Below, piece after piece: positions 41,071-57,589 of a DNA stretch of 64,000 nucleotides. Origin of the DNA: Octopus vulgaris (Eukaryota); assembly GCA_951406725.2 (NCBI GenBank), contig OX597818.1, positions 58,528,001 to 58,592,000 on the forward strand, given 5' to 3'. A model generated the notes under the pieces. That model did no database searches. It saw only the letters and a list, made by a program, of their open reading frames with translations, and was not told the origin of the DNA. Each line of letters begins with the position of its first letter. The first letter of the stretch is position 1. A program made the position numbers and the translations under genes.

Positions 41071-43189
41071 GCTGATTTCGATGTCTTCTTCCTGACGACC
41101 GTCGCATATATGTATGTATATGCACTATATTACACACACGCACACACAAATATGTACACACTGAAGCACACAAACACACACACATATATATATCGTTGTT
41201 TGTGAGTCTGGAGATGTAAACAGAGAGAGTGAGAGAGGGAAAGAAAGCGAGAGAGAGTGTGAGAAGATGTTGAATATTAAAGAAAGTTTGCTCTAGATAG
41301 TAAGTTAGTTCGCTCTCAGATAAATCCAAAACGTAAAATGCTGTAATGTGACAAGTAGGCTATAAAAACAATATCCCTCGAGTGGATATGGAAGCAAAAA
41401 ATGAAGATAAAAAGTTTGATTGACCTCTTGCTAGCGGTTCTTTTTATGTTTTTCTTTATTTTTTCTCTATTTTTTTCTTCTTTATTTTGCTGTATTATCG
41501 TTCTGACTGAATATGATTTACTGTATTACCTCTTCGCCTCGACAGCAACTATAGTGTTTTTATCTCTCAATATATTTCACTTTTCAATTGACGTTGGCCT
41601 TCTTTAAATCAAACCAACATCTGTTTTTTTTTTGTTGTTCTTGTTGTTGTTGTTGTTGTTGCGTAATCACCATTATGTCGCTCATTTTTCTCGGTGCCTT
41701 TAATTAAACACTCTACCATAGAAGCTCCAACCATCGTCTCCATCATATCTTTCCCGCTATATTTTTTTAATTTCAAATCCCCACTAAACACATTTCATCT
41801 TGTTTCCTAATGATGCTAGACATATTTTAATCAATGATTTTTCACTGAGTTATTTGCTAGAGTCGTCTGGTGGTGATTATATAATTTCGCAACACAAATC
41901 TTTCAAATACTTGTGCACGTACCTACAACCTACAAATATTATTGAACTCCATTACATAATATTCAAGGATATCGCAGCAGTCATTTTTTGTCTGAAAGTA
42001 CTGTATAGCTGAGTCATGATTACATCATTCACGATTTTGTAAACGCAATATTTCATATAAACAGGCTCCTTACGCCTACGTTTTAACCTGCATTTTCGGC
42101 TTATGTGTGTATGTGTATGCGTATGTGTGTGTGCTTCCGTTTTTATGTGCGCGTGCTTGTGAGCATGTGTGTGTATTTATGCCTGTGTATGGATGTGTGT
42201 GTGTAGGCATAAATGTGTATATATGTGCGTAATGAAAATTCGCTAACTTGCGTATATGCATATATTTAAAAATCTCTATGAAAATAGATAATATTAAAGA
42301 GACGTGTAGAGTGAAGCCACATAAATTTTAATTCTAATGATATTCATATTTGCTTGGAAAATGCACGATATTGTGCAAACTATTCTGTTCTATTATGGCC
42401 TTTGAAATCGTAAATATTTCATGAATGTTAGAGAAATACATTAGAATAGGGGCTTCTAAAAATTTCCAGAATAGAAAACGCTGTGTTATATGGATCGGAG
42501 AATGAAATAGAATGTGGTGTGTCTATTTGACTGGAAACTTTACTGAATATTTCCAATCAATTTGCATAAGAGCAAAATGCCATTTAGAATCCATAATAGA
42601 GACAAAATGCAAGCTGAAAATAGGTTTAAATGTTTCCCAAATAATATTTGTATACAATGTAAAATGTATAATTGTGAATAATGATATATAGAGATGAAAT
42701 CACTTATGAGTTTCTTCATGAACATTCCAAGGCTGTAAAAATAAAGATGTTCTATTTTAAATAATTTGAAACTAAGTGAAGCATTTAAAATATATTAACA
42801 CGTTCTGCAAACATCAATGGCAATGCATAATCATAATGGCATAACAGAATGTTTATATGGGATTCCATTTCTGAACATCTTTCCTTTAAAATTCCAAATG
42901 TAAGATGCCTTCCGTGAAGATGGAGACCCGTCTCATCTTATGATTATGGACCACCAAGCCCGGGTAACCAACTGTTGGATTTGTAATACTTTACACCAAC
43001 CCCATTAGTTCTCTACACAATTTGCATTCTGTGTAAGTAGGACATTTTTTATATGTTTACATATATGCATTTATGGTATCTATATATTTAATATAATTTA
43101 TATTATACATTTTTTGGTGATGATTCCTGACGGAATTGACTCGAATTATGTTGTTACAAGATCTTACCCCGCTTGCGGCTATTTTTCAA

Positions 43190-44080
43190 GGTACAGCATT
43201 CAAATCTTTAATGCTAGTTTTCATGGTGTCAGAAGTAAAGTTTCAAAGTATTCGTATATTTTTACTCCGTCTTAAGGCTACAATAGGCGGCTGAGGGTAT
43301 ATTTATTTGAAACGAGGATATCTTCAGCAATATGCTGGTAACTTTCGTGTAACACTTTTGAAATGCAAGCAAAATTTCGGTGACTGTTAATCCCTAAAGG
43401 AATTCTATCACACATTTTCATTTTGTTAGATAAAATTACGCCTGCAGGTTTGATTTTCCTTGCTAATCTTAGCTATGTCATTTGCAATTTTTTTAATCGT
43501 AATTCACTGTAACCGCGTTTGACATAATGGTGTACAAAAGCATTTGCATGTTTCCAGTAACCTCCTATACCATTACAACTCCGATTGTGCCTAGGAAATA
43601 GGGATTTCAGATTTAATTGAAATATATTATGCGGATGATGGTAGCAGCGATTTAGTTAGGTGTGGGATGATGTGGGCTTGCAAAATATCTCTGTCACTAT
43701 TTTGCCCCCAGAAAGCTTTTGTGTTCAAAAACTGAACGCTCGTTTTTGAAAAAAAAACAACAAAAAAACTACACGTAAGGTCTTAGCTTTTAGTATAATA
43801 GTTGCAGAAATTCAGAAAGTCAATTAAACTACCATGTGATCCATGTGATCAACGAACAGTAATGAGAATATTTGTTCATAACCATATTGGGATTTGAATA
43901 TCTTCAGTAAATGTGTCTCGAATTTTGGCATGAGGAAATTAGCGAAACTAACTGCCATGCCAGTACCAATGTCGCAGCCCCTCGTCTGGTGGTAAAGTTT
44001 TTGTCGAAGCCCCATTGTGTTACTTGTGCACACACCTCAGTAACTTACAGAGAAATTTGAATGGAATACTTTTGCATTAC
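43190..44080 (-). mobile_element. Neptune/Naiad-type PLE reverse transcriptase remnant
   Basis: LYHQTRGCDIGTGMAVSFANFLMPKFE..FVDH (cf. YxQxxGxAMG..ANxFM..RxIDD), then KPT, HHPH, KRGY and PPIVALRRSKNI motifs with stops. Confidence 0.8.
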
Positions 44081-44482
44081 CGTTTTACAAAGGCCATTTT
44101 TTTGGAAAAAATATAACAATGTGTCGGAAATCCCCATGGAACAAACCCCTCAAAATGCTTGAGAACACATAAGTAGGAATCAATAAAATATCAACAGACT
44201 TTCATCATATTTACACAAGACTGATAAAATATTCTTTTTTTTTCCCTTTTTCATGTTTTTCCCTTTATTTTCTATCTTTTTTTTCTTTTTACCACTTATA
44301 AAATTGATTGAGATCAATGTCATTCTGTCAAAGTGGAAACGCAGAATAAATTGCGTTCATATAATTTTGAATTTCTGAACATCACTTTTCATCTTGAACT
44401 CGGCTTCGTAAAGACAGGCAAGTTGTCGAAATATTGCTCAAACTAATAAAACATCAATTGCACCCCGCTCTTCATATTGTCT

Positions 44483-45160
<678 letters not shown>

Positions 45161-45420
45161 TTATACCGATTGATCTGCATTGCATTTCGTCCTCCGACCG
45201 GGACTCAACGAGAGATCGAATGCACGTATATATTAGATGGAAAGAAACTGCCAGAGAATGTGAGTGGTTCAGGTCAACAGAAAATTTTGAGTCCCGTAGA
45301 TTGTTGGTTTCTCAGATTTCTGGTCAAATAATGTGTCACTACATTTCTTGATCATTCTCAGGACACTTAAAACAATAGGGATGCTTCGGTTTTAATTGCT
45401 AACTCCCACATATCTCCATC
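45161..45420 (-). mobile_element. R4/Dong-type (restriction-like endonuclease) non-LTR element 3' end
   Basis: IPIVLSVLRMIKK..TQNFLLT*TTHILWQFLSI* resembles the PxVIGALG..QKxxLxGTxxILR C-terminus. A short structured 3' UTR runs into (TAA)n. Confidence 0.75.
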
Positions 45421-45527
45421 TCTTAAATTTTGACAATCATACTAATTATTTTGCTGAGATGTAGATAAAACCATATTAAATAATAGGCAATATTATATAT
45501 ATATAACAATAATAATAATAATAATAA

Positions 45528-45682
<155 letters not shown>

Positions 45683-45718
45683 CCTTTCATCCCACTATCG
45701 TATCACTTTATCTATATC

Positions 45719-45779
<61 letters not shown>

Positions 45780-46502
45780 GTATAAGTATATATATATGTA
45801 TATACATATATATATATATGTATATATATATATATGGGTATATGTAAGTATTATGTATGTATCTATCTATCTGTTTAAATTACTTTACACACGCACTTAT
45901 ACATAAACATATGCACACACACATACACACATTCAATGATACTTACATACACGCATACACAGACAAACATACACGAATAATATATATATTAGGATTACTG
46001 TCTAACAATATGTGACTGATTGAAACATGTCTTCCCTTAGTTTGGCTTATAAGATTTCAATTATACGTGGATCAATTTGCTTTTGTCAGTATTGGATTAT
46101 TATTTTGGATATAGAAGTTATATATGCAGAACATGTATAATAAATACTATTGTATGTGCTCTGCACTTTAGGGTTCGATTACAGCCTATTGTTGCAGCAT
46201 TCGGACAACTAGACTTCATTCTGTGTCAGAGACAAGAGAATATAATATTTTATCTGTGACAAACGTGTATAGTCTTCGAGATAGAATATAAAAAAAAAGA
46301 CAGAACTTTACAGCCTTTTACGTACATGTCCTCCCACGTTTTCACAGCCGGCAACAAGATTCTATTATTAGTATGGAAAATATGACAAGCTTCTAAAGGT
46401 ACAGAGAGAGGAATACGTCTCTCCAAGATGGCTGATATAATTGCAGTAAGCTTCCCGTAAAGTAAAATTTCCGATTTCCTAGCACAGCTATTAAAATCCT
46501 AT

Positions 46503-46571
<69 letters not shown>

Positions 46572-46662
46572 CATGTATATACATATATATATATAAATAC
46601 ATGTATATACATATATATATAAATAAATACATGTTTACATATATATATATATAATATACATG

Positions 46663-46756
<94 letters not shown>

Positions 46757-48930
46757 AGGAAAACTAATCAATACATATTTTACTATATCTGTCTCACAAT
46801 GGAGAAAATTGCCATCATTTGCATTTAATCAGATGATTCATGAAAAACAATAAATATATTGAGTTGTCTCTGGGAATTCTATTTTTAGCGATACGATTAT
46901 CCATATCATCTATGTATTTTATTATTATGTATCGCTAAATTAGACATTAAATTCAAACATAGTTCTATTTATTATGACAAAATTTCGTTATCATTATAAT
47001 TTTACTTTTATATACAGCTGCTGAATTTATTGATTATTGGAATTACTGGTTTTGTTATCTATAATTTCTCCTCTCTCATAGGACGTTCGGGGGTGGGTGG
47101 GTTAACTGACTCTATATTACTCAATTCTTCGGAAGTCTAAGACGTATTAAAATATGAAGGTGTATATATAAACATGAGTAGTGTCTCATATTCATTATTT
47201 AAATGTACTTTTATATAAGTTCGATATACAAATACTTATAAAGCGCTAGACACAAATGAATACTTCCAGACAACATGAATATTAATCCTTTTATATATGA
47301 GCTTAGATTTCATTCATTGATATTTAGATATACGCAGTTCTAGATGACAAGTCAATATTGTCAATATGAATGACACTATTGTAGATATAAATTTGGTTCT
47401 AGTTACTTTCTAAAATAAACGGTATTCTCACTAATAGCTGATCATAAGGTGGACTTCTTTTCCTTATCATTTCAAACTATATGCCTGAAGAAACATGCAT
47501 AAATTACCTACTTGATCCAGCTGTTTCTAAGGTATTATTTAAGTTAGTCATAACTTGACGAGATTCGTGAGGTGCCATGCCTCACTAAACAGGACAAATC
47601 AGTAAAGAAATGAATCCAATTTGAGTTATGCCATACCTAAATTAAACGTTATCTCGTTTCAATCTCATATCTCTCAAACTATCAATAATTATCTCGATTT
47701 GGGGTTTGGTTTGCAAGATTCTTTATATGAGTTCCTGTGTTGAAGCATATTCTGTTGTGTCTGGGGAGAGTCACAAAAAGGCACAAAAAGAAAATGACAC
47801 CCCCCAAACACAACAGAATATAAATAATTAATAGCCTAGTCAATCAAAGCTTTCTCGACCTCTACATCAGAATATGTTCAATTGTGATATTTCATCCATT
47901 TTCTAATTCATTTCTATTACTATACTTCGCAGCTCCAATGACCAAATATTAAAGAATTAAGTTGACCATGTATGTAAGTGACCCGTATCAAATTTCAACG
48001 TAACATTTGGAGGATAGCTAACATAAAAACAAGGCAAATATGTTCCTGTACATTGACTTGACTCCACACTCCAATGCTCCATGTGCGTCAAGTTGACAAC
48101 AAACAATAACTGTTCTTTGCCCGAATTTCGGCAATGCTATGACCTTCCTTCTTTTAAGTGAACCCTTCCTCAATCCTTTACTTCCTTATATTCACCCCGT
48201 TCTAATCCATCTTTCTTTTCTTCTCTATTCTACTAGCTTGTTTGCCTCTTTTCCACTTACCCTACGCACGTACAATTCCTTCAGTGTTCTGTTGTGTTCT
48301 AACCAGAATTGGTTCCGTCCTAAGAGGTATTAATCTTTTTACTTCGTTCAATTTTACTCAAATGACCAACAGCCCAAAAGAGTCTAGCAGTAATCTGCCT
48401 ACAATGTCTACTTTTAAAAGCTGCTAGCCAAATTTGCTCTAATAAGGAAAACGCCATGACCCTTCTTTATGCCTTGTCATATTTATCACAACGCGTCAAA
48501 AACAGTTTGTTTGGAGCCCAACTCCGGATTAAAATATAGAATTGTAATGAACCATAACCTTGGACGGTGCCAAACAAGTTATTTGGGTTCTTCACTAATC
48601 TAAACAATATTGTTAGCCTGATCTTCAAACGGAGAGCATATGAAGGTTTTTGCCCCGATTGATACTCCCACACTATTAGGTAGATATAAATACACACACA
48701 CACACAAACATACATAAATATATATATGCACAAACCTTCTTTTATAGTAGAAGGAATAGCTAAGACTTTTTGACTGCTATTTCTAAACTTCGGTATGTGG
48801 TGAAGCAAATCGTAGCTGAAACCTAATTATATAGTATTACTTAAACTTACCATGAAATGGTCCCTTTCATGCCGAATCCTACTTGGTGAAATTACTGATT
48901 ACTTCTTAATTAATTAATTACACCCTTTGT

Positions 48931-48980
<50 letters not shown>

Positions 48981-48984
48981 CAGT

Positions 48985-49135
48985 TAAATAAGACAGCAAA
49001 CATTAAGGCTTGGTAAACATCTTAAGTGTCGTATACAATATTATTATAGGAAGAAATTTCTGCCTATAATAATATACTATAATAATAGTGTATACGTCTT
49101 GAGATGTTTGCCTTGCACTAACGTTTGCTGTCCTC
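48985..49135. repeat. (TA)n-adjacent imperfect foldback
   Basis: gacagcaaacatt..aaacatcttaag..cgtataca..tattattatagg versus cctataataata..tgtatacg..cttgagatgttt..aacgtttgctgtc. Confidence 0.75.
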
Positions 49136-49277
49136 TTTCACAATTATATATCAGCAGCATTTGAAATCCGCAATGGCTCGATAAATACTATCTCGGCTAT
49201 AACAATGGAGACTTAGAACTCCTTTAGTGCATTTACTTAGCGCATCTAATATTTTAGAGCTAAACACCCATTTTTGT

Positions 49278-49472
<195 letters not shown>

Positions 49473-49746
49473 GCGAAATAAGGACACAAGTAGATTTTAA
49501 AATTTATGACAGCTGTTTCTATCACTTTTTTATTGATGTATTCATACTTTACATAATAACATACCATACCTCATGTCACAATTTAGGTACAATTTTAAAC
49601 AGTAACCGAACTACTAAAATAGTACCTCGATCGCGAAGGATGTATCCCATATTCTTAGATTGTTTTAGATCACATTTGTGCTTTTTTATACACGTGCATA
49701 CACACACACTCACACGCACACACACGCACACACACGCACACACACC

Positions 49747-49807
<61 letters not shown>

Positions 49808-50470
49808 GCACATACATACATAAAAGCGTTTCATGTTTTACGACATTGTATATAATATATTCATTGAAGAATTCTCTTTTCAAAATTTAATATATTAAAC
49901 CAGTGTGTCTTGGATAAATCAAATATCCTTATAAGAAGTTTAAACATCTTCACTATGACTAGTATATATATAATGTGAAGATGCTTCAACAAGTAGAATA
50001 GCACTCGATCAGCCAAGCGAATAAAAATAATCTCGAATTAAAAACCACGAATCTTGCAATTTATATCTACCCAGGGTTTCCTGCTCGAAAAAAGAAATAT
50101 ATTCAGCTATTTATCAACTTGAAAGCAATGCCGTTTGTCAACTGTCTTTTGGGCAACTAACATTTAAAAAGGGGTGGATTGTAAAGAAGAGGACGAAAAG
50201 TTGCAACAGAAGGGAGATAATCGATGTTGCAAGAATTCTATGTAAAACAGACGTAGACCAAATATTAATGGTTTGAATTCTGACAAAATGTATTGTTCAA
50301 AATGTGAAAATTCGGTGAGTATGTACCCTGGGTGGGTATCTGTCTACGTATGTGTGTGTATATATATATAAACACACACACACACGCGCGCGCGCGCGCG
50401 CACACACACACACATACATATATATATCTATATATATATATATATCACATATATATATATATATATATAT

Positions 50471-50656
50471 ATCAAAATAAGTAACAAGAATATCCAAAGT
50501 TAGTGTAGTAAAATCGTTTCATGCTACTTCAATACCTTTGGATATCCTTGTTGCTTATTTTGATTATAATCTCCCCATTTGATTGATATGGATAATAACC
50601 ATACAAAATTCTGGTGCCTTTAAATTAAGTACCATATTCATCTGAATGTAAATTTT

Positions 50657-50660
<4 letters not shown>
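50471..50660. repeat. (TA)n-bounded short element with an inverted repeat
   Basis: atcaaaataagtaacaagaatatccaaag (50471-50499) versus ctttggatatccttgttgcttattttgat (~50536-50564). Confidence 0.75.
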
Positions 50661-50706
<46 letters not shown>

Positions 50707-51292
50707 ATATATATATACATATACATATGTGATGGTGGGGTTTCTGTGTATGTTTGTGTGTGTGGTTGCGTGGGTAGATTTCTTTGTGTTTAGGTGTTTG
50801 TTTATTTACCTCAGCAAATGGTTTGGCGAAAGGGGGGGGAAAGCCTAAGTACCAAACGTAAAAATAAGTAGTGGAGTGGATTTCTTCGATTAAATCCCTG
50901 AAGGAAGTACCCTAACAGGGCTGCCGCCCAACGACTGAGACAAATAAGATATAAAAGGGTATATCTATCCCTATTCGACCGAGAAGATATCAGCCCTTGT
51001 AAAATTTCTCTGAGCTAAAAGATGTCGGTATTTACTTACGACCATTACAGATTATTAAATGAAATTCTGACTGATATCTTCATCTTCCAATGAAATTGGA
51101 TTCGTTTTCAGGGGATTAATTTTAAGTTGCGGAAAATTGAAAAATTAATCCAAAGTGATATTAAACTACATGTGATTCAAAATTCTGTGATTCTGCACGA
51201 GTTCCAACTTTAAACAAAATGCCAATAAGTTGTGAATGGATTTCATAGAAGAAAACTGTGTTGGTAACCATATCTATACATGCGTTGATGTG

Positions 51293-51376
<84 letters not shown>

Positions 51377-51377
51377 A

Positions 51378-51447
<70 letters not shown>

Positions 51448-51514
51448 ATATATATATATATATATATATACATACACATGTATATATATATCTGTATATC
51501 TATATATCTATCTA

Positions 51515-51559
<45 letters not shown>

Positions 51560-52444
51560 GTATATTTATATATACATATGTGCATGTATATGTATATGTA
51601 TATGTATGTCTGTATATATGCCTGTATATATATATCACCGTATATATGTGCGTATATTATGCATGTGTGCATGCATGTGTGTTTGTTACACTCCCATTGC
51701 TGGACAGCAAGTTTCCTTTCTGTACAACCGCGTAACCTAATATTTAAGCAAAATAGAATGAGTAGTAAACTTCTTTTAAAAATAAAAAAAAAGGAAGCCT
51801 GAATGCTGATGTCAATGCATTAGACTAAATCTCCTCTAATAAGACATGTGGTCATTGTCGAAGCTTAATGACTGAAGTATGAACAAAAATGTAAAGGGTA
51901 AGGAAAGATACCTTCTTGAAAAGGAAATACGAATTGAGTAATGTGATTGAGAGATTGTATGGACTGAAATGCAACGTTCTTAACAAGAATAACTTTTTTA
52001 TATCCCTACTTGATCGGAGCCGACGTAAACAATAACGATAGCGAAATAGTATCCACGGTGAAATGCTTTATGTAATACTAGGAACGTATAATGGGGTGGA
52101 ATTAAAATGGAGATGATAAACATTCAGGAATGTCTGCAGAATATTTCCATTTATTAATTTTTTTTTTTGCATATGCCTACATATAGTAATACATAGATAC
52201 ACATACGCGCACATATCAATGTATATGATTCACTTTTTGTAATTAAGTCGATATTCCAAATGCCATATTGGAGTGGAAGAAGCTAGGAGACAACGTATCA
52301 TATATGAATCAAATCGGCACGTAACTGACGTGATAGCTTGCAATTTCTTTCAGATACACATAAAGCAACACAAAAGAAATTAGGGATATATATGTGTGTC
52401 TGTGTGTCCATATATATACATACATACATATACATACATATATG

Positions 52445-52476
<32 letters not shown>

Positions 52477-52592
52477 TACACACACATACACACACAAATA
52501 CATATATATATATATACAGAGACACACAGACAGAGAGAAAGAGATACAAGCATATATAAATGATACATAGATAGATACATAGACAGACAAAC

Positions 52593-52641
<49 letters not shown>

Positions 52642-52990
52642 TAATTCATGATTTATTTTATAGTTTATACGTTCGTGGATATTCAGATGTATCCCTGTAA
52701 CCAAATAATAGATATCTGTAATAAATCATTATTTATTTTGCCTTCACATTCCAAGCAATGTTACATAAATAACGAACTTTCTAGAGCGAATGACATAACT
52801 CCAGCCAAAGATATTCGCATATCTGCATGCATACATATATATATGTATATATGCATTTATATAGATACGTATGTATATATATACATTTATATACATATAT
52901 ATATATATACACATATATATATTTATATATATATATACATATATATACATATATATATACACATATACACATATACATATACATACACAC

Positions 52991-53050
<60 letters not shown>

Positions 53051-54099
53051 TGTGTTAAAGTTGACTGTAACACCTTCCTTACACTGCCTGTTTAACACGA
53101 TATAAAATAATATTGTCAAAAACCTGGCTTACGCATCAAATTAAGGGACGCTAATGCAATAAAAGGGCTTTTCTTTGGGTCCTTTAATTCACTTGCTGGT
53201 AAAACTGTTTTCAAGGTAGAATAAATAAAAATATAGGAGATGAAATTATTAGGAAATGTTTCGTTTCAAGAATAGATTTTAGATGAGAAACACAAAGAAA
53301 ACAATCAGATAACAAAAATACGGCGTCTGCAAAATTTTGAATGCTACAATTTATATGACTAGAATTTAAAAGCTAAACGAAGAAACTTTACAATGCCATC
53401 AGTCCATGTTAATGCGCAATACATGGCTGATGTAATGTAAGAAAAGTCAAAAATCAGAAACACTTAGTCACGTTCGCAATTGGAATATTATGCAACAATT
53501 CAGAAAGCTTATAGAGTAAGCACGTACAGAAAAATGTCACACTTGAAATCAAATTGTCATATTTAAATGACATGTATGAAATATAGGTGTAACCCTGTCT
53601 GTGTATGTGTTTTTATATGTGTCCTATATGTATAACTGAATACTCAGCAATACGTGAACTTAGTTCATGTTACCATTATTATTAAAATATATTCCCATGG
53701 CTTTGAAAAATTACATAACCTTTTAAATAACGAAGCAAATATAAAGACGTATTTCTCAATATTATTGGTAACGGGAAATTCTAAGAACTATTGACAAAAT
53801 ATAAGATTATTAATACACACATCCACTCAAACACACACACACACACACATGCATACACACACGGTAACATCGCCCCCAGTGATTAAGAGGTGTTTATTTT
53901 ATCGACCCCAAAAGGATGAAAGAGATAGACGATGTCAGCGGAATTTCAACTCAAAACGCAGATATGGACGAAATGCACACATATACCCACTACCCTTGGC
54001 GCGGGTAATGGTTATATATGTGGATCCCTTCTAGGGACCTTAGCCATCCAATTAAGATTTTTATTAAACTTCAATGAGCCTGGTAACAAACTGGATGCT

Positions 54100-54321
54100 A
54101 CTTTAGCATGCTTGCGAAGTCTCACCAAAATGTTTCCCCTAACAAGGAAAAATAGCTAGATAATTACTAGGGTAGCAAAAAGCCACACAAGGAAAAAGGG
54201 TGTAACTCCTTGTGTAACTCCTTGTTTTGACAATAACTTCTGGGTCCATAAAGATACACTAGATGGTTTTAATGTTACAATGGGAATTCCCGATTCAGCG
54301 CAAGTAGCTGCTTTATTCTGC

Positions 54322-54354
<33 letters not shown>

Positions 54355-54368
54355 TAGCTGATTTAGTT

Positions 54369-54422
<54 letters not shown>

Positions 54423-54960
54423 AACTTCCCAAACATAAATGGAGGTCTATAATAGTGATGATTGTATAATTTACCTTCATAATATTTCCGTCCAAAAAGT
54501 TAAGAAAAGTTAAGAAAAGTTTAGTTAATTTTTTTTCCCGTAGAATGGGCTCAAACATCGTTTTTGATGATAATGTAACGGAGGCCAACATTTTAGATAT
54601 CACACTTAACTTACACAATAATTCGTACTTCCCATACCACAGACAATCGATCAATCGTCAGTATGTTAGCAAATTCAGTAATCATTCTAGGGCAATTACT
54701 AGGAACTTAGTTAAGAATATTTCATTTAGATTGTCTAAGTTATCTGCTAATGTTGCCATTTTCAATGACAAGGCCGAACTTTTATAACTCTGCCTTACAT
54801 AAAACAGGGTATCCAGAGGAAAATACCTACATTAATTCCATTCAATCTTATTCTACCATTACTAATGGAGATATGAAATCCAGTTGTAAGGATATAAACG
54901 ATATCTATTATAAATTATACGCCAACACCAAACAGAGGAAGGGAGATAACCTTATTTAAA
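54100..54960 (+). mobile_element. Penelope/Poseidon RT remnant interrupted by (TA)n
   Basis: FWVHKDTLDGFNVTMGIPDSAQVA and NILDITLNL..YVSKFSNH..NISFRLSKLS..YNSAL align with the 36-37 kb ORF. Confidence 0.85.
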
Positions 54961-55019
54961 ACCATATTTTCGTTCTAAAGGTAAATCTATGTGTTTCAAA
55001 GATAGTTACACTAAAAATT

Positions 55020-55290
55020 GATTTGAGACACAATGAACAAAAATCATGCACTGGTGCAGATTTGAGCTACCCAGCGAACTATCAAACGTCCAGGAAAAAG
55101 AGAAGGTTTATGGTTAATTAAGGCATCATGAGTGCGTTAGGTTATGTACGAACGAATTTACACAAAAACCTAGAAGTACGAGGTTTCATGGAAAAAGAGC
55201 AAAAGAAACACACAGCGATTCTCCAAGTGCAATCTGTTAGCGGCACAGTGTGATCTGTAAGACATTGCCAAAATTCTCCATCTGAGATTC
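55020..55290 (+). mobile_element. RLE-type non-LTR element C-terminal remnant
   Basis: IMSALGYV..LEVRGF..LQVQSVSGTV resembles the GALG..LQ....GT endonuclease C-terminus. Confidence 0.55.
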
Positions 55291-55660
55291 TTGTCAAAAG
55301 ACAGTTCAACCAACGCAACAACCATATATTTACAAATATTGGGAACTCTCTTAACTCAAAATGTTTTGTCACTTTGTTAGCAATCGGCTTGACATCTCTC
55401 AGGACGAACTTAAATAAATTAAACTCAAAGAAAAGAGAGACACACACACAAATCCCACACACACATATAGTGCGCGATTCTACGGTTTCCCATTACTAAA
55501 TTTACATACAACACATTTATTGGACCAGGACTATAATTGAAGACTGTTGCCCCTGGTGCTGTGCCCTTGATTCTGAATCGAAAATAGAATGATTTCGAAG
55601 TAAAAATTCACCAGGATATTTAAGTAGTTATGCTGTTCACTTTCCCTCAGTCTAGTGAAG

Positions 55661-55745
<85 letters not shown>

Positions 55746-56448
55746 ACACACACACACACACACATGATTATTCAAAATAAGTTTTTTTTTCTAATAATTT
55801 TTATATGATATTCTGTAATGAACTCACTTCGATGCCATGCAATACCTTGCCAAGTATCCTAAGATATATTGATTTGATATGGATTAAATCTTCTCTTTTA
55901 ACAGATAATAAACACGCTTTGGTAGTATGTTATCAATCTATCTTAGCTTGAAGTAGATAAATATTGATCTGTACTTCATATTAATATAGAATTTAAATGA
56001 TGTAACTACTATAAACAAATTCATTCTACGCCATTGCATATATGCTCGGATTTTTTCCTATAAATTAATCACCGTAACAGCAAACATTCAAAGAACGGGG
56101 ACTCGAGTTACAGTAGAAAAGAAGAAGAGTAAAATAAACTAATTGGTATACTTCACTAAATATATATTACTCTTCTGCGTATTATCACTCATCTTAATCG
56201 TATTTATTAATTGTTTCAACACAATTTCGTTAAGTTTTCTCGTATTTCTTCCTTAACATACTCCATTACTTCCTTCTTATATACTTCCGTATTCTACACA
56301 ACGACGCGAGCAAACTTGAAGCTCAGATATACAAGGTTGCAGCTGTTGTTGCCTTGAACTATCAGTTACTTTATCGATCGCAGAGAAATTCAATTTGTAG
56401 TTAACCATGGCGGAACCTGAAACCCAAACGAAAATTGCCGTACGTAGA

Positions 56449-57051
56449 AGGCGGCGAGCTGGCAGAAACGTTAGCGTGCTGGGCGAAATGCGTACCCGTA
56501 TTTCGTCTGTCGTTTACTTCGTGAGTTCAAATTCCGCCGAGGTCGACTTTGCCTTTTATCCTTTCGGGGTCGATAAATTAAGTACCAGTTACGCTCTGGG
56601 GTCGATATGATCGTCTTAATACCTATGTCTGTCCTTGTTTGTCCCCTCTATGTTCAGCCCCTTGTGGGTAATAAAGAAATAGATATTTCGCCTGCCGTTA
56701 CGCTCTGAGTTCAAATTCCACTGAGGTCGTCTTTGTCTTTCATCATTTCGGGGTCGATAAATAAAGAACCTGTTACTTACTGGGGTCGATGTAATCGAAT
56801 TAGTCCCTTTGTCTGTCCGTGCTTGTCCCCTCTATGTTTAACCCCTTGTGGGTAGAAAAGAAATAAGTATTTCCTCTGCCGTTATGCTCTGAGATCAAAT
56901 TCCACTGAGGTCGACTTTGTCTTTCATAATTTCGGGGTCGATAAATAAAGAACCTGTTACTCACTGGGGTCGATGTAATCAACTTAATCCCTTTGTCTGT
57001 CCTTGCTTGTCCCCTCTATGTTTAGCCCCTTGTGGGGCGTAAAGAAATAGG
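56449..57051 (+). mobile_element. SINE family C trimer (one head plus three ~184-bp units)
   Basis: Units begin with tatttc at 56499, 56684 and 56868; each ends aaagaaata(g/a). Confidence 0.92.
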
Positions 57052-57589
57052 AAACTGACGTACATAAATATTGCCGCACCTTTAACAGTTTGCTGAGAAT
57101 TTTTTGCTACACTTGGGATTTAAAATCCCAGGATAATTGACGAACAATATAAATATACTTCGCATTTATATTTGGTTTGCAATATTCTTTATGTGAATCC
57201 GTGTATTGAAGCATATGCTGTTGTTTCTGAAGAGTGTCATTCTGTTTTAATGCTTTATTAATTAACACACTCACTGTTTCGATTTCCACTCATTTACATT
57301 TTTTTCTAAAATTTTCGTTGTTTCTTGCAACATCTTTAATAGTCGTTGAATCTGTCCATTATGAGACCTACATTCTGTTTCTTTGTGCGCATGTATGCGC
57401 GTCAGCATCCATGTGTATACACATATGTATGTATGTATGCATGTATGTGTGTAAGTATTATGTATGTGTGTATGTATGCATATGTATATATATGTATGCG
57501 TCTGTGTACGTTTGTTTGTATGCATATTCATATGCTTCTGTGTGTATGTTTGCGTGTGTATGTGTGTGTGTGTCTGTGTGTATTTGTGC

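Noticed and set aside
45172-45218. gtcc/ggac-GAAA hairpin resembling a hammerhead
   Set aside because: The core (ctcgttga) and stem III do not fit; it is treated as 3' UTR structure of the R4/Dong remnant.
48060-48680. Coding-like segment, possibly a Gypsy pol relic
   Set aside because: Only a vague H..H motif; it cannot be assigned by eye.
56499-57051. Regularly spaced repeats suggestive of a CRISPR array
   Set aside because: These are whole ~184-bp SINE units with no unique spacers, in eukaryotic context with no cas genes.
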